Positions 12,517 through 27,058 of a stretch of 61,154 nucleotides of DNA are shown in pieces. Numbering within the stretch: position 1 is the stretch's first letter; every line of letters starts with the position of its first letter. Source of the stretch: Octopus bimaculoides (taxonomy: Eukaryota); NCBI RefSeq assembly GCF_001194135.2, contig NC_068988.1, positions 10,531,821-10,592,974 on the forward strand. Reading direction: 5' to 3'. The translations under genes were made by a program, and so were the position numbers. The notes under the pieces were generated by a model. It was not told where the DNA came from. It was given only the letters and a program-made list of their open reading frames with translations, and did no database searches.

Positions 12517-15306
12517 GTGTGTGTGTGTGTGTGTATTTGTGTATGTGTGTTTGTGTATTTCTTTCAGTTCGTTTATGTTTGTGGGTGTTATTTACATTGA
12601 TGCTGCCTCAGCAAGCTTGTAAAATTATTCCTTTCATTCTCATTGTACGCGTATGAATAAATGTTGCGGAATATTTTCTCCTTTCAGAATTTTATTGATC
12701 TCGTATCATGTGAATATTTTTATTCATTTTAAATAATAGCAGAAAGTTACTCTTTGATTGCAATTCTAATCTATTATAATGTTTCCAACACAATGTAGGG
12801 ACCTGAATAACATCCTTTTTCTAACGTCAACGGAAGTAAATTACTTCAAAAGCATTGTTCCGAGCATGTGAAAAGCTATAAACAAAACAAAGCCACACGT
12901 AACAAGCGTACGAGAGCGCTTCCATCTATTAGATCGATCTGTAGTAATCGAAACCAAATCTCCTGTAAACGAAACCTACCATTTTATGAAAAAAAAAAAA
13001 AGACGCAAGATCCGTTAGTTAATGCTGTATTAGCGTATTATGACAAATATTCTAGGCGCAATTATGGCTGTTCTAGAATTCGTACCCTCCTCGTGGCCCT
13101 TGGCCATGTTCTTCTATAACTACCCAGGTACTAAAACATGTAACGTGAGTGTAATTTTACGACGGAAACTGTGGAAATCCGTCAAATATACGTATTTCTG
13201 CCTCCACTTGTATTTGTTTATCCGTGTGTTTGTATATACGTGAGTTACTGCCTCTCTCTCCAAAACTGCCTGACAAGCTGACAAGTTGAATTTCTTACGT
13301 TCTCATAAAATAGCGGTTCGCTCAAATGGACTGATACAAAGTGTAAAGCAAAGCTAAACAATAGTAGAATAAGTACTGTGGTTGATTTCTATGACTAAAG
13401 TGGCCAAGTTGTTGCTACTACATGATTGTAGTACAATGATAGTAACAAGTAGAATGTAATAGTTAAATAATAACACTTAATTACAGATTTAGCCAGAGAT
13501 GGCAAATTAAACTTAAAAGGAACTGAAGACAATCTTTACTTAGTGTAATTTTATTTCCATAATTCCTGAAAATGCAGACTCCATGATGTAGATTGTAATT
13601 CTGTTAATTATAGTTTTGCTTGATCAGGGTGTATTTTCTGCTAGATATTTTTAAGACCAATATAACTATCATCAAGTTTACAAAAGAATTATTAGCTCTC
13701 TCAGTTTACAATAGTGATTAGTGATTCCGAATGCGAAAGTGCCCAAGAATCACCCTTGAGGATAGATTCACCAATCTCAAGTAAAGTGTTATCGGATCAG
13801 AGCATTTTAATGAGAGCAGCATTGAAATTAGGACGATACATCATACATAAACAAATGTATTGAATTATACAGAACTCTGCTGAATATATGATCGACGTAT
13901 GCATAATCAAGCGAAAGATATTGAGATAGGTTTTATCAATAGTTTATTGAATATTGTGAATTTATTTTCTATATATTAGATACGAATGCGTCGTAATAAT
14001 ACACTGTTCTTCAAAGTTGATAAACTTGAGTTAATAAGAATGTTTTCTTTATAATGAAACTAGATTTACTTTGAAAATTATCATGACGATAACATTGTAG
14101 AGATGATGATGACGATGACAACGAACACGACGACGAAATTATGATGATGATGATCATCATCATCATGACGACGATGACCATAATCATCGTTATCATTATC
14201 AACATAATCAACCTCATCAACATCATTGTAAGGAATATGGCAGCGATGCTCACGAGGTTTCGCGATTACGCTTGCAGTACGAACAAGCCAGTCACAACTA
14301 TTTGTTTCATTGATTATTTAGTATAGGATAAACAGAGGTAATGAGCACTTTTCAAGTCGTTCATCAGGAAACGAAATATATCATATTTAAATGGGAGTTG
14401 AAAACCGAATACGTGTAACATGGAGGAATTCAGATATGGCGACGGCGACAAAGAAAATAATTATTACTCATGCAGCACATGCATAATACAGAAATAAGAA
14501 CAGTCCTTCTATTGCAATTTCACAAAATTTCTTTCCAAACTCCACAAAGAAAAACGTTACTAAGAGTACACATCAAGACATTTACTTGATGCAATATACG
14601 CTAAAAACGGTACGTCGTACGCATGCTAATCAACGTGAATAAATCATTGTGTAATTGTGTTAACAAAAGTGTCATTAACTCTTTATAGTATTTACGCAAA
14701 TGCTGAATATATACTTATATAAAAAAAATTGATTTTATTTATCACGGAATAAGGCAAATGGTTAAATTTTTGCAAATAGCGAAAAACATTGTGGTGACAT
14801 TGGAGCCAGTGTAAAGAATTTTAAGGTACTCTGAGAGATATTTTATATATGTTATACACATATTTCCTTGAAAATTGTTTCACATATTATATATACTTTT
14901 TGCATTTACATTGCAGTTTTCCTAAATATTTCTTATTAGATTTCAACATTTTTCTTCGTATTCTCCATCAACTTATTTGACTTTTTCAATTCCCATTTCT
15001 CCGCCGGTTATTTCATTGTTTCTTATGAATACACACTCACACAAACAGACACACGCATGCTTATACACACACACGAATATTTGTAAGTGTGTGTGTGTAT
15101 ATAAGCATGTGTGTGTGTCTGTTTGCGTGTGTGTGTACATGTATTTATATATATATATATATTTGTATGTATTTTATCTCGCGCTTTCTTATATTATTTC
15201 CCTATCACAGCATACAATGAAATTTATGAAAATATTAATAATTCAGACAACAAAAGATTAGCGTTCATTTCTATAAGCATAACTTGGTCCTAGAGTGAAG
15301 TTGCCA

Positions 15307-15763
15307 GCATCATCATCACCATCATCGACGTCATCATTGTCATCATCAATACCATCATCATCATCATCATCATCGTCGTCGTCATCATCATCAGCATCAT
15401 CATCATCATAATCACTATTACCATGATCATCATCATCTTCATTATCGCCACTACCAATACCAACATGCTCATATTAATTTCTATTTTTTTTCTTCTTCTT
15501 CTTCTTCTTCTTCTTCTTCTTCTTCTTCTTCTTCTTCTTCTTNNNNNNNNNNNNNNNNNNNNNNNNNNNNNNNNNNNNNNNNNNNNNNNNNNNNNNNNNN
15601 NNNNNNNNNNNNNNNNNNNNNNNNNNNNNNNNNNNNNNNNNNNNNNNNNNNNNNNNNNNNNNNNNNNNNNNNNNNNNNNNNNNNNNNNNNNNNNNNNNNN
15701 NNNNNNNNNNNNNNNNNNNNNNNNNNNNNNNNNNNNNNNNNNNNNNNNNNNNNNNNNNNNNNN

Positions 15764-15845
<82 letters not shown>

Positions 15846-15882
15846 CATTATTATTATTATTATGATTATCATTATTATTATT
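15307..15882. repeat. Compound trinucleotide tract (CAT)n-(CTT)n-gap-(ATT)n
   Basis: Read directly; it produces the poly-M, L, Y, I and K ORFs in the track. Confidence 0.95.
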
Positions 15883-16464
15883 AATATTTATGCGGGCTAT
15901 TTTCTTTTTATATTATTTAATCTGCGTGGTATCTTTTCTGCGTAAATTACCTTTGTGTGAGAAAAAGTGAATTCACATAGAATAAAAGGCCTTTTTCATG
16001 ATAGATACACACACACATATACGTATGTGTGTGTGTGTGTGTATGTGTGTGTGTGCGTGTGTGTCTGTGTGACTGTATGCATCTGTGTGCATGTATTTAT
16101 ATATATATATATTTGCATGCATTTTGTCTCTCGCTGCCTTANNNNNNNNNNNNNNNNNNNNNNNNNNNNNNNNNNNNNNNNNNNNNNNNNNNNNNNNNNN
16201 NNNNNNNNNNNNNNNNNNNNNNNNNNNNNNNNNNNNNNNNNNNNNNNNNNNNNNNNNNNNNNNNNNNNNNNNNNNNNNNNNNNNNNNNNNNNNNNNNNNN
16301 NNNNNNNNNNNNATATATATATTGACAACTGCCTCAAGACAAAAAGATATTCCATTATATCTTATTCTGCAGAAATATTACATCATACAAAAAGGCAGTC
16401 ACGTACACACACGCATTTCTAGGTGTGTATATGTGTAATATTGCTATTCTTTTTGTTTTTTTTT

Positions 16465-16530
16465 TAGCCGCAGGTCTACTTTGATTGCGCAGACCTATGA
16501 TCAAACACAATCTGACATGGCTTCCTCTTC
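16465..16530 (+). repeat. Short unclassified dispersed repeat, related to 44153-44200
   Basis: CAGGTCTACTTTGATTGCGCAGACCTATGATCAAA versus CAGGTTTCATTTGATCGCAGACCTAATGACAAA. Confidence 0.4.
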
Positions 16531-17734
16531 GTGTTTTGCATTCGTAGGATTACAGTATATCCAATGTATTATTCATATACGTATTTGCCAAACCGTTAGT
16601 AGTATACAATTCATGGAAATTTAACAGCTAGTTCTTACGTGTCGAATATACAGACAGAGAGTCGCTTCTGATTTATACATTCACACATAATTATGCATTT
16701 AATGCATACACACACTTATGTACACGCATGCACACACATATACACACATACACAAACATGTATATATATGTTTGTGTCTGTGTGCGCGTATGTATGTATC
16801 TATGTATGCATTTAAGTATGGACATATGTACTTTATCACTACGTTATAAGTTGTATCAACAAGAAAACGTACTCTGTCCAGTGAGGGATAAATATGATTT
16901 AAAATACGCAGCACTTTTAAAAGAACCACCAATAGTTTCATGCTCAAGAGTAGAAACAAAAATAATTAGCTCATTTACAGGACATGCCATGTGTCCACAA
17001 GTAATCTTTCTGGCTCGGTTCATACTGTTGCATCTATTTGAAAACCAAGGTTTCGGTTTGTGAGGAAACTTAAGAATGAATGGGAGGCTAAAGCGCAAAG
17101 AATATCGATGCACAAAGTGGTATGAGAAGAAACAAAATAAAAGAAAAGAAAATCAAGATCTTATTCCCGTTTTGTCTGTATAAAGCGTAATGAATCTAGT
17201 TGGTGTAGAATAAAAAACGAAGAGAATTCCGAAGCCTATGAAAAAGATACCCACGCTTGAGAGGGTGCCGTCGTGTTCGACAAAAGGAATTTTTCTATCT
17301 GCTTCCATTTGATAAAAATCTGGAATCAGGTATTAAGTAGTGTGGGACAATTTTTTAAATCTTCCATTCAAGAATTTTACGACTCTATGTAATTCCACAT
17401 GTTTTAGCAAATGTAAGCTTATGGATTAAAGGACCAGTCAATGGACAACTAAGCCATAATCCTAGTTTTCAAATAGGTATGAAGGCATGCAATGATGCTG
17501 AAAAAATGCTTGTAGTCACAGGGAAAGTTATATAAATCACCTCAACGTTTGAGTCTCCACAGCATACCATAGTTTTATATAAAACTATTCAGCATCTTAA
17601 ATCAAATATATGTACGTACTTACGCACGTACACACACGCACGTACACACACGCACGTACACACACGCACGCACACGGACATACCCTCCCCACACATATAT
17701 ATAAAGAAATATATATATAAAGAGGGAGACAAAA

Positions 17735-18413
17735 ATGCAAACTGATGGTGAACACACAGAACATCCGTTGACTTGCCGTGTCCCCAAAACATGTGCAGAG
17801 AGTGATAAAACTCAAACATCCAGTGAACGACATGGTGTTTGGAGAGATCACTAGAGATGGCAATGCTATATCTCCGTTCATCTTTGCACAAGGCCTCAGA
17901 CTCAACATGGATGCCTAATTCAAGAGCCTGGAGGAGGTAGTGCTGCCCACTATCAAGAAGGAGGCTGCTGAAAGACCCTATGTTTGACAACAGAACACTG
18001 CACCATGCCACACAAGCTGGAGGACCCAGTCATGGCTGTGAAACGATTTCTGCCATCACATCATCACTAACATCTGGCCACATAAATCCCCAGACTTCAC
18101 TCTCTTGATTATTATGTGTGGGGCGCGGTTGAGCAAGAGAAAAAGAAACTTCCTTGTAACAACAAAGTTGAACTGAAGGCAAGGGTTTTCGCAGCCTTCA
18201 TCAACTTAAACAAGGAGACCATCCAGAAGAGTTGCAGGAGATTCCGAAGTTATCTGGAGGCCGTGGTTAAAGCGAATGGCAATTTTCTTAAATAAATTTG
18301 CTTTTTAGTATTTCAAGATATTTATATGTAATTTTAGTACATATATCTGTTGAAATGAAATGTCAGTGTTATTAACATTTTTGCGTAATTTAGACAATAT
18401 ATTCACTGCACCT
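17735..18413 (+). mobile_element. maT-type (DD37D) transposon 3' half, decayed
   Basis: Translates as KHPVNDMVFGEITRDGNAISPFIFAQGLRLN..LEEVVLP..RPYV*QQNTAPCHTSWRTQSWL..IWPHKSPDF..(frameshift)DYYVWGAVE..SCRRFRSYLEAVVKANGNFLK. Restoring one base gives 37 residues between the second and third catalytic positions. Confidence 0.85.
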
Positions 18414-21400
18414 TTTATGTATATATATACACATACACAGAAAGGGAGAGAGAGAGAGATGCGGAGGAAGAGGAATAGGAGGAGGTGTCTACCTGTGTGT
18501 GCACGTGTCTTCGGTGTATTATGAGTATATATACGATGTGTAGTCTCCTCGCAGTATGGCGGTTTTAATTAAATGTTCCCAGATTCGACAACCCAGCAGA
18601 GCGAACTGTTGCGTTTATGGGCAAATATTTCTAATCACATTGTCATTCCACGGTATTTTGCAGTACTTATACACTGGCCAGACGTCCATACCACCTAAAT
18701 CCTAACTATTACGCTATCCACATCACTAAAATCATGAGTCAACCTTACACAGTTTATAATTGCACCACTCTTCCGTTGCCAAAACTGCGTAGTTCGCAAT
18801 ATCTCTTATACATAGGTGATTCGATTTGTCATTAAATTTCAGGTTTTGCGAGCTTTGGAGTTTCTTGTCATACGTAGATACATTTCCAACATGTAAATCG
18901 AGATTTCTACTTGTCTGCACACTACGTTATTTATTTCTTATAGATATAGATTAGCTTTCTAAAACTCTTCTGTTCTAACCAGCCCGAGAAATCAAACACC
19001 AGCTACTTCGTTTCGATGTCAGTATATATACCAATACCACTTTAATGCGCATTTTACTCAACGTATTCTGAAGTCAAACGTCATGCCGTTGACATACGTA
19101 ACGTTTTTTCTGATCTGCATTTCTGTCTATTTTGTTAAATTTCTTGACGTCTCCTTACACAAAACATTAAGAATTCATGTTGCATACCATTTTTAATATA
19201 CTTTTATTCAATGTATGGAGTGTGCGCATATGCCATAAAAAATACATTTGCTCACTATTTTATTTGATATAGTTGCTTCGTTGTAGCTTGTGCACGTATT
19301 GGTTTGTGTATGAATATACACCAGCAGATGTGTACATATGCACAAACACAAGTGCACACGCACATACACACGTGTACGCATACACATACGAACACACGTA
19401 CACACGTACTCACACGCACGCACACAACTACACACAAGCTCACACACACATATGATTCTTCTCTGTCAGAAAAAAAAAGCTCTGCGTTACAGGTTTCTCG
19501 GCAAGCAATGAGTAATATTTCTCTCTTTTGCTTACAGTCTTTATGACTGACATATACGAGTGAGTTCCTGTACGTTGATACATTCATACACATACGCACG
19601 TACACTATGCCCACGCACGAACACACAACCCATCCTAACCGCTTTAACCTACCTTTCTGCGCTGCTTTCCATGTGACATTGAATTTCCTTGTGCATTGTT
19701 TTCTATACGCGCCCACGTTAATATTACGCTGCTTTATATCCCTTCACATTCTCTGCTTGAATCTCGTTTAAACTTAACTTGCCCCTGCTGTAAATATTTA
19801 ATACAAACTCGGTTTATTATTCCCAACCCTTTTCTATACATTCTCTATTCAGACCACATCTCACATTATTCAAACACTCCTTATCTTCTTCCATTTTTTA
19901 CTCATATTATTTTCTATCCAAATTCTATTTTCTTGGATGTGTCATTAGCCTCCACATATTTTCTTACCGAATTCACCTCACTGAAATATATTTTTTCCTA
20001 TGATATTTTATATAATTCATGATTCACGTTTTTCTTCTTTTCTTTTTTTTGTACATTTGCATATCTGTAACCAATATAGATATAACAATGATATAAATCT
20101 TATCTGATAATGACGTTTTTTGCAGGAATTGCTTGCAAAGTAACTTACGTAATATCCGCTCACGAATATTGGAACAAGACATAAAATATATCCAGGAATA
20201 AATAAAACGTTACTGAAATGTGCTCTGAGCAGAATTACCTTTCGAAAAGAATGAATAAGCTTACGTAAGTAATTGTTATTTGAAATATTGCATGGTATCA
20301 CCGAAAAATATGTATCATAGCAGTATATGATTTTTTCGTATTGAGTCATCATAAGAAAAAAGGTATCGCCATGATATTTTGTAATGTCACAGAGTCTACA
20401 GTATTGAGGATAGCTGTCACAAATGGTGTTAAAAGAGTAGGCACACGCTCTGGGCCCTCCAGGAACAGATTTTCATAAAATATTAATCAACGACATAAGT
20501 TCTTTTGCACGTATTGATTTCGAACGGTCTTTCTAATATAAGTACAAAGTTGTTGTATCAGTGAAACATGCACTTCAGAAACATGGTGTTTTACTCTCTT
20601 GCTATTGCGTAGTAATTTCAGCAAGTGATTTCCACTAAAGCTCCGGTTCAAATAATGTTTTTCATATGAATGTGAGCTAGGTCAACGGATTTAAAATTTA
20701 AGAAATTGTCATGGATATATATATATATATATANNNNNNNNNNNNNNNNNNNNNNNNNNNNNNNNNNNNNNNNNNNNNNNNNNNNNNNNNNNNNNNNNNN
20801 NNNNNNNNNNNNNNNNNNNNNNNNNNNNNNNNNNNNNNNNNNNNNNNNNNNNNNNNNNNNNNNNNNNNNNNNNNNNNNNNNNNNNNNNNNNNNNNNNNNN
20901 NNNNNNNNNNNNNNNNNNNNNNNNNNNNNNNNNNNNNNNNNNNNNNNNNNNNNNNNNNNNNNNNNNNNNNNNNNNNNNNNNNNNNNNNNNNNNNNNNNNN
21001 NNNNNNNNNNNNNNNNNNNNNNNNNNNNNNNNNNNNNNNNNNNNNNNNNNNNNNNNNNNNNNNNNNNNNNNNNNNNNNNNNNNNNNNNNNNNNNNNNNNN
21101 NNNNNNNNNNNNNNNNNNNNNNNNNNNNNNNNNNNNNNNNNNNNNNNNNNNNNNNNNNNNNNNNNNNNNNNNNNNNNNNNNNNNNNNNNNNNNNNNNNNN
21201 NNNNTATATATATATATATATGTTTGCGTATGTATGTGTATATATATCTTGCATCTACAATGGGATCTACAGACACTGTGTGAGTTTATACCCCACGAAA
21301 ATTATCTCTACCCAGTCTAATGCCAGTATATTGCCCAGTCCAAATTTGTACCGAGCGGAATTACTATTTATACAGTATAGGAGGCAATAATATTTTTGAT

Positions 21401-21564
21401 ATATATACATGAAAAATACAGCGATAACTTTCAAAATGCCTCATTTATAAAAAAAATATTATGCATTTATGTGTGTGCGTAACCTACGTGCATACATACA
21501 TATTAACGTGTGTATGTTTGTGCGTATAAATATGTGTGTGTGTGTATGTGTGTATTCGTCATGA

Positions 21565-21750
21565 TAGATCGCTAGCCACTAAACCGTTTTATATTTCCTC
21601 TCCCTGTTCATTTCTATGTTCCTTTCTGTTGAAGAGTGTAGGCTCGAAACGTAAAAACTTTCTCACTTTGCGAGCGTTAAACTAATACATCTGCTTGTTG
21701 TTTACACACCCGTCTGAGTCTTTTGCTTTTTGTAAATTCTCACACTATTT
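21565..21750 (+). mobile_element. Penelope-like terminal repeat, copy 1
   Basis: TTGAAGAG-tgtagg-CTC-GAAACGTA at 21629-21653; homologous reverse copy at 43725-43847. Confidence 0.55.
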
Positions 21751-22284
21751 NNNNNNNNNNNNNNNNNNNNNNNNNNNNNNNNNNNNNNNNNNNNNNNNNN
21801 NNNNNNNNNNNNNNNNNNNNNNNNNNNNNNNNNNNNNNNNNNNNNNNNNNNNNNNNNNNNNNNNNNNNNNNNNNNNNNNNNNNNNNNNNNNNNNNNNNNN
21901 NNNNNNNNNNNNNNNNNNNNNNNNNNNNNNNNNNNNNNNNNNNNNNNNNNNNNNNNNNNNNNNNNNNNNNNNNATATATATATATATATATATAGAAGCA
22001 CCTTATACATTACAGGAGAAGAGGGAGACATATATTCAAAAAGTAATACATGTGAAGGACATTAGTGTAAACAGTTATATATCTGTCGGATAGTCTTTGT
22101 CAGTGTGCAGCTACTAATATTCATTGCACCTTTTGAAATTGTTTGTTTTGACGTCACCAAATGCTTGGATTTTATGCGCATAGCTTCAATGTATTGCGTG
22201 TTGGCTTGTATTTGCTAATATTTATTTATTGTTGCGATAATGCTTAGTTCTTGAGTAGCTAATATGGCAAAAAGGAAAATCAGG

Positions 22285-22660
22285 GCTTGTTTAGCACCCA
22301 TCTTACTTCCCAACCATATGGTACCGTGTTCAGTTACTCTATATGGAACCCTTGGCTAGTATCTTCTACCACAGCCTCCGGCCTACAAAAGCCATTTGTT
22401 TGGGTCTCGTAGACCAAATTTGAAAGAATTTTGTCGTATGAGTGTATGTGTGTATCTATATTTCTGTGTGTGTTTCCCAACCACCGCTTAAACACCGGTG
22501 TTGGTGTGTTTACGTCCGCGTAAGGTAACGGTTCAGCATAACAGATTGTCAGAAGTACCAGGCTTAAAAATGTACAGGGTTCGATTGATTTAACTAATAT
22601 TTTTCAAGTTGGTTCCCTAGAATGCCCGCCAAAAAATGAGCGAAACAAGTAAAAGGTATA
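22285..22660 (+). mobile_element. SINE family C, degraded full-length copy
   Basis: Decayed tRNA-like head, internal (TG) tract, then GGTGTTGGTGTGTTTACGTCC..AAGTACCAGGCTT..GAAACAAGTAAAAG; homologous to 33089-33193 and 57925-58129. Confidence 0.65.
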
Positions 22661-22666
22661 TAAATA

Positions 22667-23170
22667 TGGTCTGATCAATAAGTATCAGGGTTCTTGCAAT
22701 AGTGACGATGCTTGAACACACAGAGTGAAGCTGCTCGGCACATATTGACCATGACCTCAGCAGTGCATGCGCACTAAGTTTTAACGTTCTAGTTCACTTT
22801 CCCTGTTTACACCAGTGCTTGAAAGAAAGGTGTGTAGCGTGTGATCGTCATATTGAGCATGATAGAGACAGTTGAGCAGAGAATCAGCATGAATCTTTTT
22901 CAAAAGCTTGGTGATACCAGCTCAGAGGCCTACGTAAAGTTTCAAAGTTTTCATCGTTCTCGACTCAATGAAGGAGATCTTGTACAACTGAAACGTTAGT
23001 AACTTTATGATCTGTTGAAATCAGTTTTAGCACAAAATTGGCAGACACGCATCCCACACTGAAATCTTCAATGATAATGGACCGGACTAAAACGTAACTA
23101 ATCTGCGCATCCTTTGATAACTCACGGATAGTAATTCGACAATTTCCCCTCACATTTGTAACGCACAAAC
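22667..23170. mobile_element. Mariner remnant with an internal inversion
   Basis: TA plus TGGTCTGATCAATAAGTATC end. Plus strand from ATG 22859: MIETVEQRISMNLFQKLGDTSSEAYVKFQSF. Minus strand 23170-22936: VRGNCRITIRELSKDAQISYVLVRSIIIEDF..VSANFVLKLISTDHK..VQDLLH*VENDENF. Confidence 0.8.
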
Positions 23171-26100
23171 ACATTTCAACAAATTCATTTTTGATATCTT
23201 GGATCATAAGTTGAATTGATATTCTCAGTTTCATTATCGCAGTTCATGGTGACGTCACCCCCAATTATTCAGTGCATCCTAATTGCATATAATTATGATA
23301 AACTCTCTTATTCAATGAAAGTTCTGGCATTTCTTTTCTTTTTCGTTACCAATAACGTTTGTAGGGAAATATCCTATTTAGCAAATTTAGATCATTACTC
23401 AGGAATTTGATCGCATTATTTAAATCTAATATCTAAGTGGTGTTCCTTAATGGATCTTAAAGATTTTTTATGTCCAGATAACACAAAGGAGATATTGTAG
23501 TATTTATCGTAATGGTGTTTTGCCTCGGCCATATAGCATTATGTGAGCATTTAATATTTTCAAGATGTACTTCTGTTTCGATAGCTTATATTATTTTATT
23601 ATCAAAATCTTATGCATAACTGATCTCAGATAAAATAATATCATTCATATACTTTATGTTCTGACAGTTATTCTACAATACTTCGCTTTCAATGTCTATA
23701 GGTGAGAAACTGCTAATTTGCGCAGCTTCGAGAATGCACAATAAAATGATATGCAACACAATTACTTCACTATATGTTGCTCTTTCATTGTAGAGGTGCA
23801 CAATTCAGAAAACTATTATTGCAGCTTAGTAACATCAATATAAAATTCTCACCTTGCTTTGATGTCAAAGAAACAGAACGATAATATTTAGTTATTTTGT
23901 AGGCGTATGGCACGGACAGTGCTTTGAAAGGATTCTACATAGGTTACCTGAATAATCAGAGGTTTTATGTAAAATAAATCGCGTCTACTGTCACAATCTG
24001 AAAGTAATTCACATTCATTATTGCATGGGATTTATCGTAAATAATCAAAATATAGTTCGCGTATAGATTTATTCAGCTTTATGAAGTTATGAAACAAATG
24101 AACTAAATCGGCTTCTGAGTGTTTTGTTCAAGTTATCCGCCATATTGATGATCAGCTAATTCTCATCAATTTGATCGGCTTCTGCGCTGATGTTGTTTGT
24201 ATGAAAATTATTATATGTTTCACCGCAATTCTCTCGATAGTTTTCACTTCGTTTTCGAACAATACATATTTTAGAAGCGACTCATATAATCTGCCCATAT
24301 TACTCGCCGAAACCTGTATGAATAGACGTTTGGATGATTGTATACTTCTATATATACTTCATGCATATACAGATAGACATTTACGTACAAACACATACAT
24401 ATAGGCTCATATACATATGTAAGTATGTGCTTGTTGTATCTGTGTGTCTGCCGATGTTTACGTATTATCGCTAACAAAAACAGGCCTTCTCTCAGCTCTT
24501 CCCTATAGTTCTTGTTGTATATCAGACATGTTTTACTTAAGCAAACTTGAGCGTAATTCACTAGATAGATGTTACAAGGTACCATCGAATGGTCTGAGCA
24601 ATGCATATGCAAATCCTAGGGTTGCACCGTGAACCAGCAGTCAAGATGCCCATGCTTAAAACTCATTAATTGATCTTCATTTGAAATTACAGCCACAAAG
24701 CAGCCCTACATATAATTTAGATGCTAATAGTAATCTTGCGTGTTTAAGCAGATATAATGTTGTATCCTTCTGTGGTGTTATCCTTGCTTTGGAAATAAAT
24801 TTACATAAGGCAGCGAATGAAGAAAGTTTTGAAATTTGATACCGTAACGAAATATATATTTCAAATATCAGCTGGACTGATATGAATAAGGCACTGGTCC
24901 TCAACTGAGATCTACATTACACTTGAGAATCTACACAAAATTCTGTTGTTAATGTTCATGAGCAATACATTGATATACCTGTACAGCACATACAATATTT
25001 TAATATTTTTTATACAATTCCTAATTGTATTTCATTATAAAATTATAATTCGAATTTAGAAAACATCGAGTGGTTAGGACGCTCCATCCGACTAAAACAG
25101 GAATGAAAAAAATGGGCTGAGAAACATAGGTTTTGAGGTAATCTTAAGGTGTTAGATTTTGATTGTTTTCCCCCGGAAAACGGCCTACACAAATTTAAGA
25201 AAGTTTGTTTGATACAAATTTTCCTTTCCTTGAGTTGTATAGCTGCTACTACAACTACCCCCACGTAAATGATGCGCCGACTGAAAAGAGAGTTTGAGGT
25301 CTATACAGATGGTTCCCAGCGCCAGTGTGATGTCTTATCATTTAAATTTTGTATATTATGCTTACTATTTATGTTTCACTAGGCGGATCATTAGAGGTGA
25401 AAACGGAGGTTACAAAGGTTCTTGTTTTCTATGATTTTTTTCTTTTTATGATTGTCATTTGTTATTGGTATTGTTCCATTAATGAGTTTCTTTGTCCAGT
25501 TGTTCGGAGCCGATATTTGGCTCCGTTTATGAATTTCGATAAATATTAACCCAGAGCGTACTTGTCATTGATTTCTTATTTTGAAAGCAAATAATTTCCG
25601 TTATAAATTTGCATGATTATTAAAATAATGAAGCCATATCATCCCCCAACATTTACCATAATTTTTTGAATCAATTAACATTGTGCGTATTCATTTATTT
25701 TAAGACAGCGGGGTATTCTATAAGGAGGATTTTGCTTAACATATGTACCTTGAAAAAATCCCAAAACTTAAAGTTATCCCTTATCGCATTGCCTGATTTC
25801 CGGTTTGGTTGTAAACAGTTATTTTCTGTGACAGTAAATTACTAGTCACGAAAAGTATGTATTGTATGTTTCTGACAATAATTAAAATCGTGTATGTGTA
25901 TATGACACATATTTGTACAGATGCACAATAATTATTTGTATGCATGTATATAACGTGGATGCATGAATCTATATACAAATGTGTGGTTGCGTATCTTTCC
26001 GTCACGTGTGTGTGTCTGCATGATTTACTGCTTACGTCTCTCTGTTTAGTTATAGATTAATGGCTATATTGTATAATACTAATTTATGAATATTAAATTA

Positions 26101-27058
26101 GCTGAGTCAAAGTTAATCTATAGACACAGATATTATATGCTGCTGTATCAGTATTTTGTTTTATTATTTTAGTTCACACACTTCATTTGGCAGACTAATT
26201 AGAGTTACTTTCTTCATGCAATTGAATTTATATCGAGTAGAGGTTAATTTTGGGTGCATTCGACCATTGTATTATTTCTTTAGAAGTGTTGCTTTATATA
26301 CTTTCAGTGCACAAGTATATATGGATTATAGTCTTTTATCTCTTCCAATATACATACAATGAAAATAAAAGCATTATTTCTATTATATATCCCGACGTAC
26401 TGGTTTTATATAATATCCTGTGAAAAATAGTCTCATTGTTTACATGTTTCCGACGGGTCAGTCAATCGTCGAACGAGTTAACTATTGCAACAGTATATGA
26501 TACTAGGAAGTAACATGTATTACATTTTTGTATTCTTAAAGAATCCGTTTTTACTTTCGCCTTTCACGGAGGTGGAGGTATTTTTCAATGCTGGAGGCAC
26601 ATATTTCCTGAGATCTAAATTCGCTTCGCTCACCTCCCAAGCATACACACACACACAATGACACACACTTACACACACATACACAAGCACACACACACAA
26701 GCACAATGGCACACACATATACATAAACACATAACATGACATTCTCTCAAAACCTTTTACGTTATCAGGCAACAAGTCACACACAACATTCTGAATTGCA
26801 CCATTATACTGGTGTTAGTCAAAGATTTCGGAGTCCCATGCAGTCGTCTTATAAACAAATACGAGGTTTCCTCGATATCTCCGCGCCAGGATATTCATCC
26901 AAATCTCGGGATAACCACAATGGCGTTGGATAACCAAACCTCGGAGTAGCGATTGTTAGCTGACATCATCCGTAGACGGGTTAATTTCTGAGAAATTAAA
27001 CCCATAAGATTTCAACTGACATATTTATTATTGATGCCGGGAGCTGAGCGCGCCAATC

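Noticed and set aside
25546-25760. TTAACCC start suggesting a piggyBac end
   Set aside because: No matching GGGTTAA terminus or transposase found.
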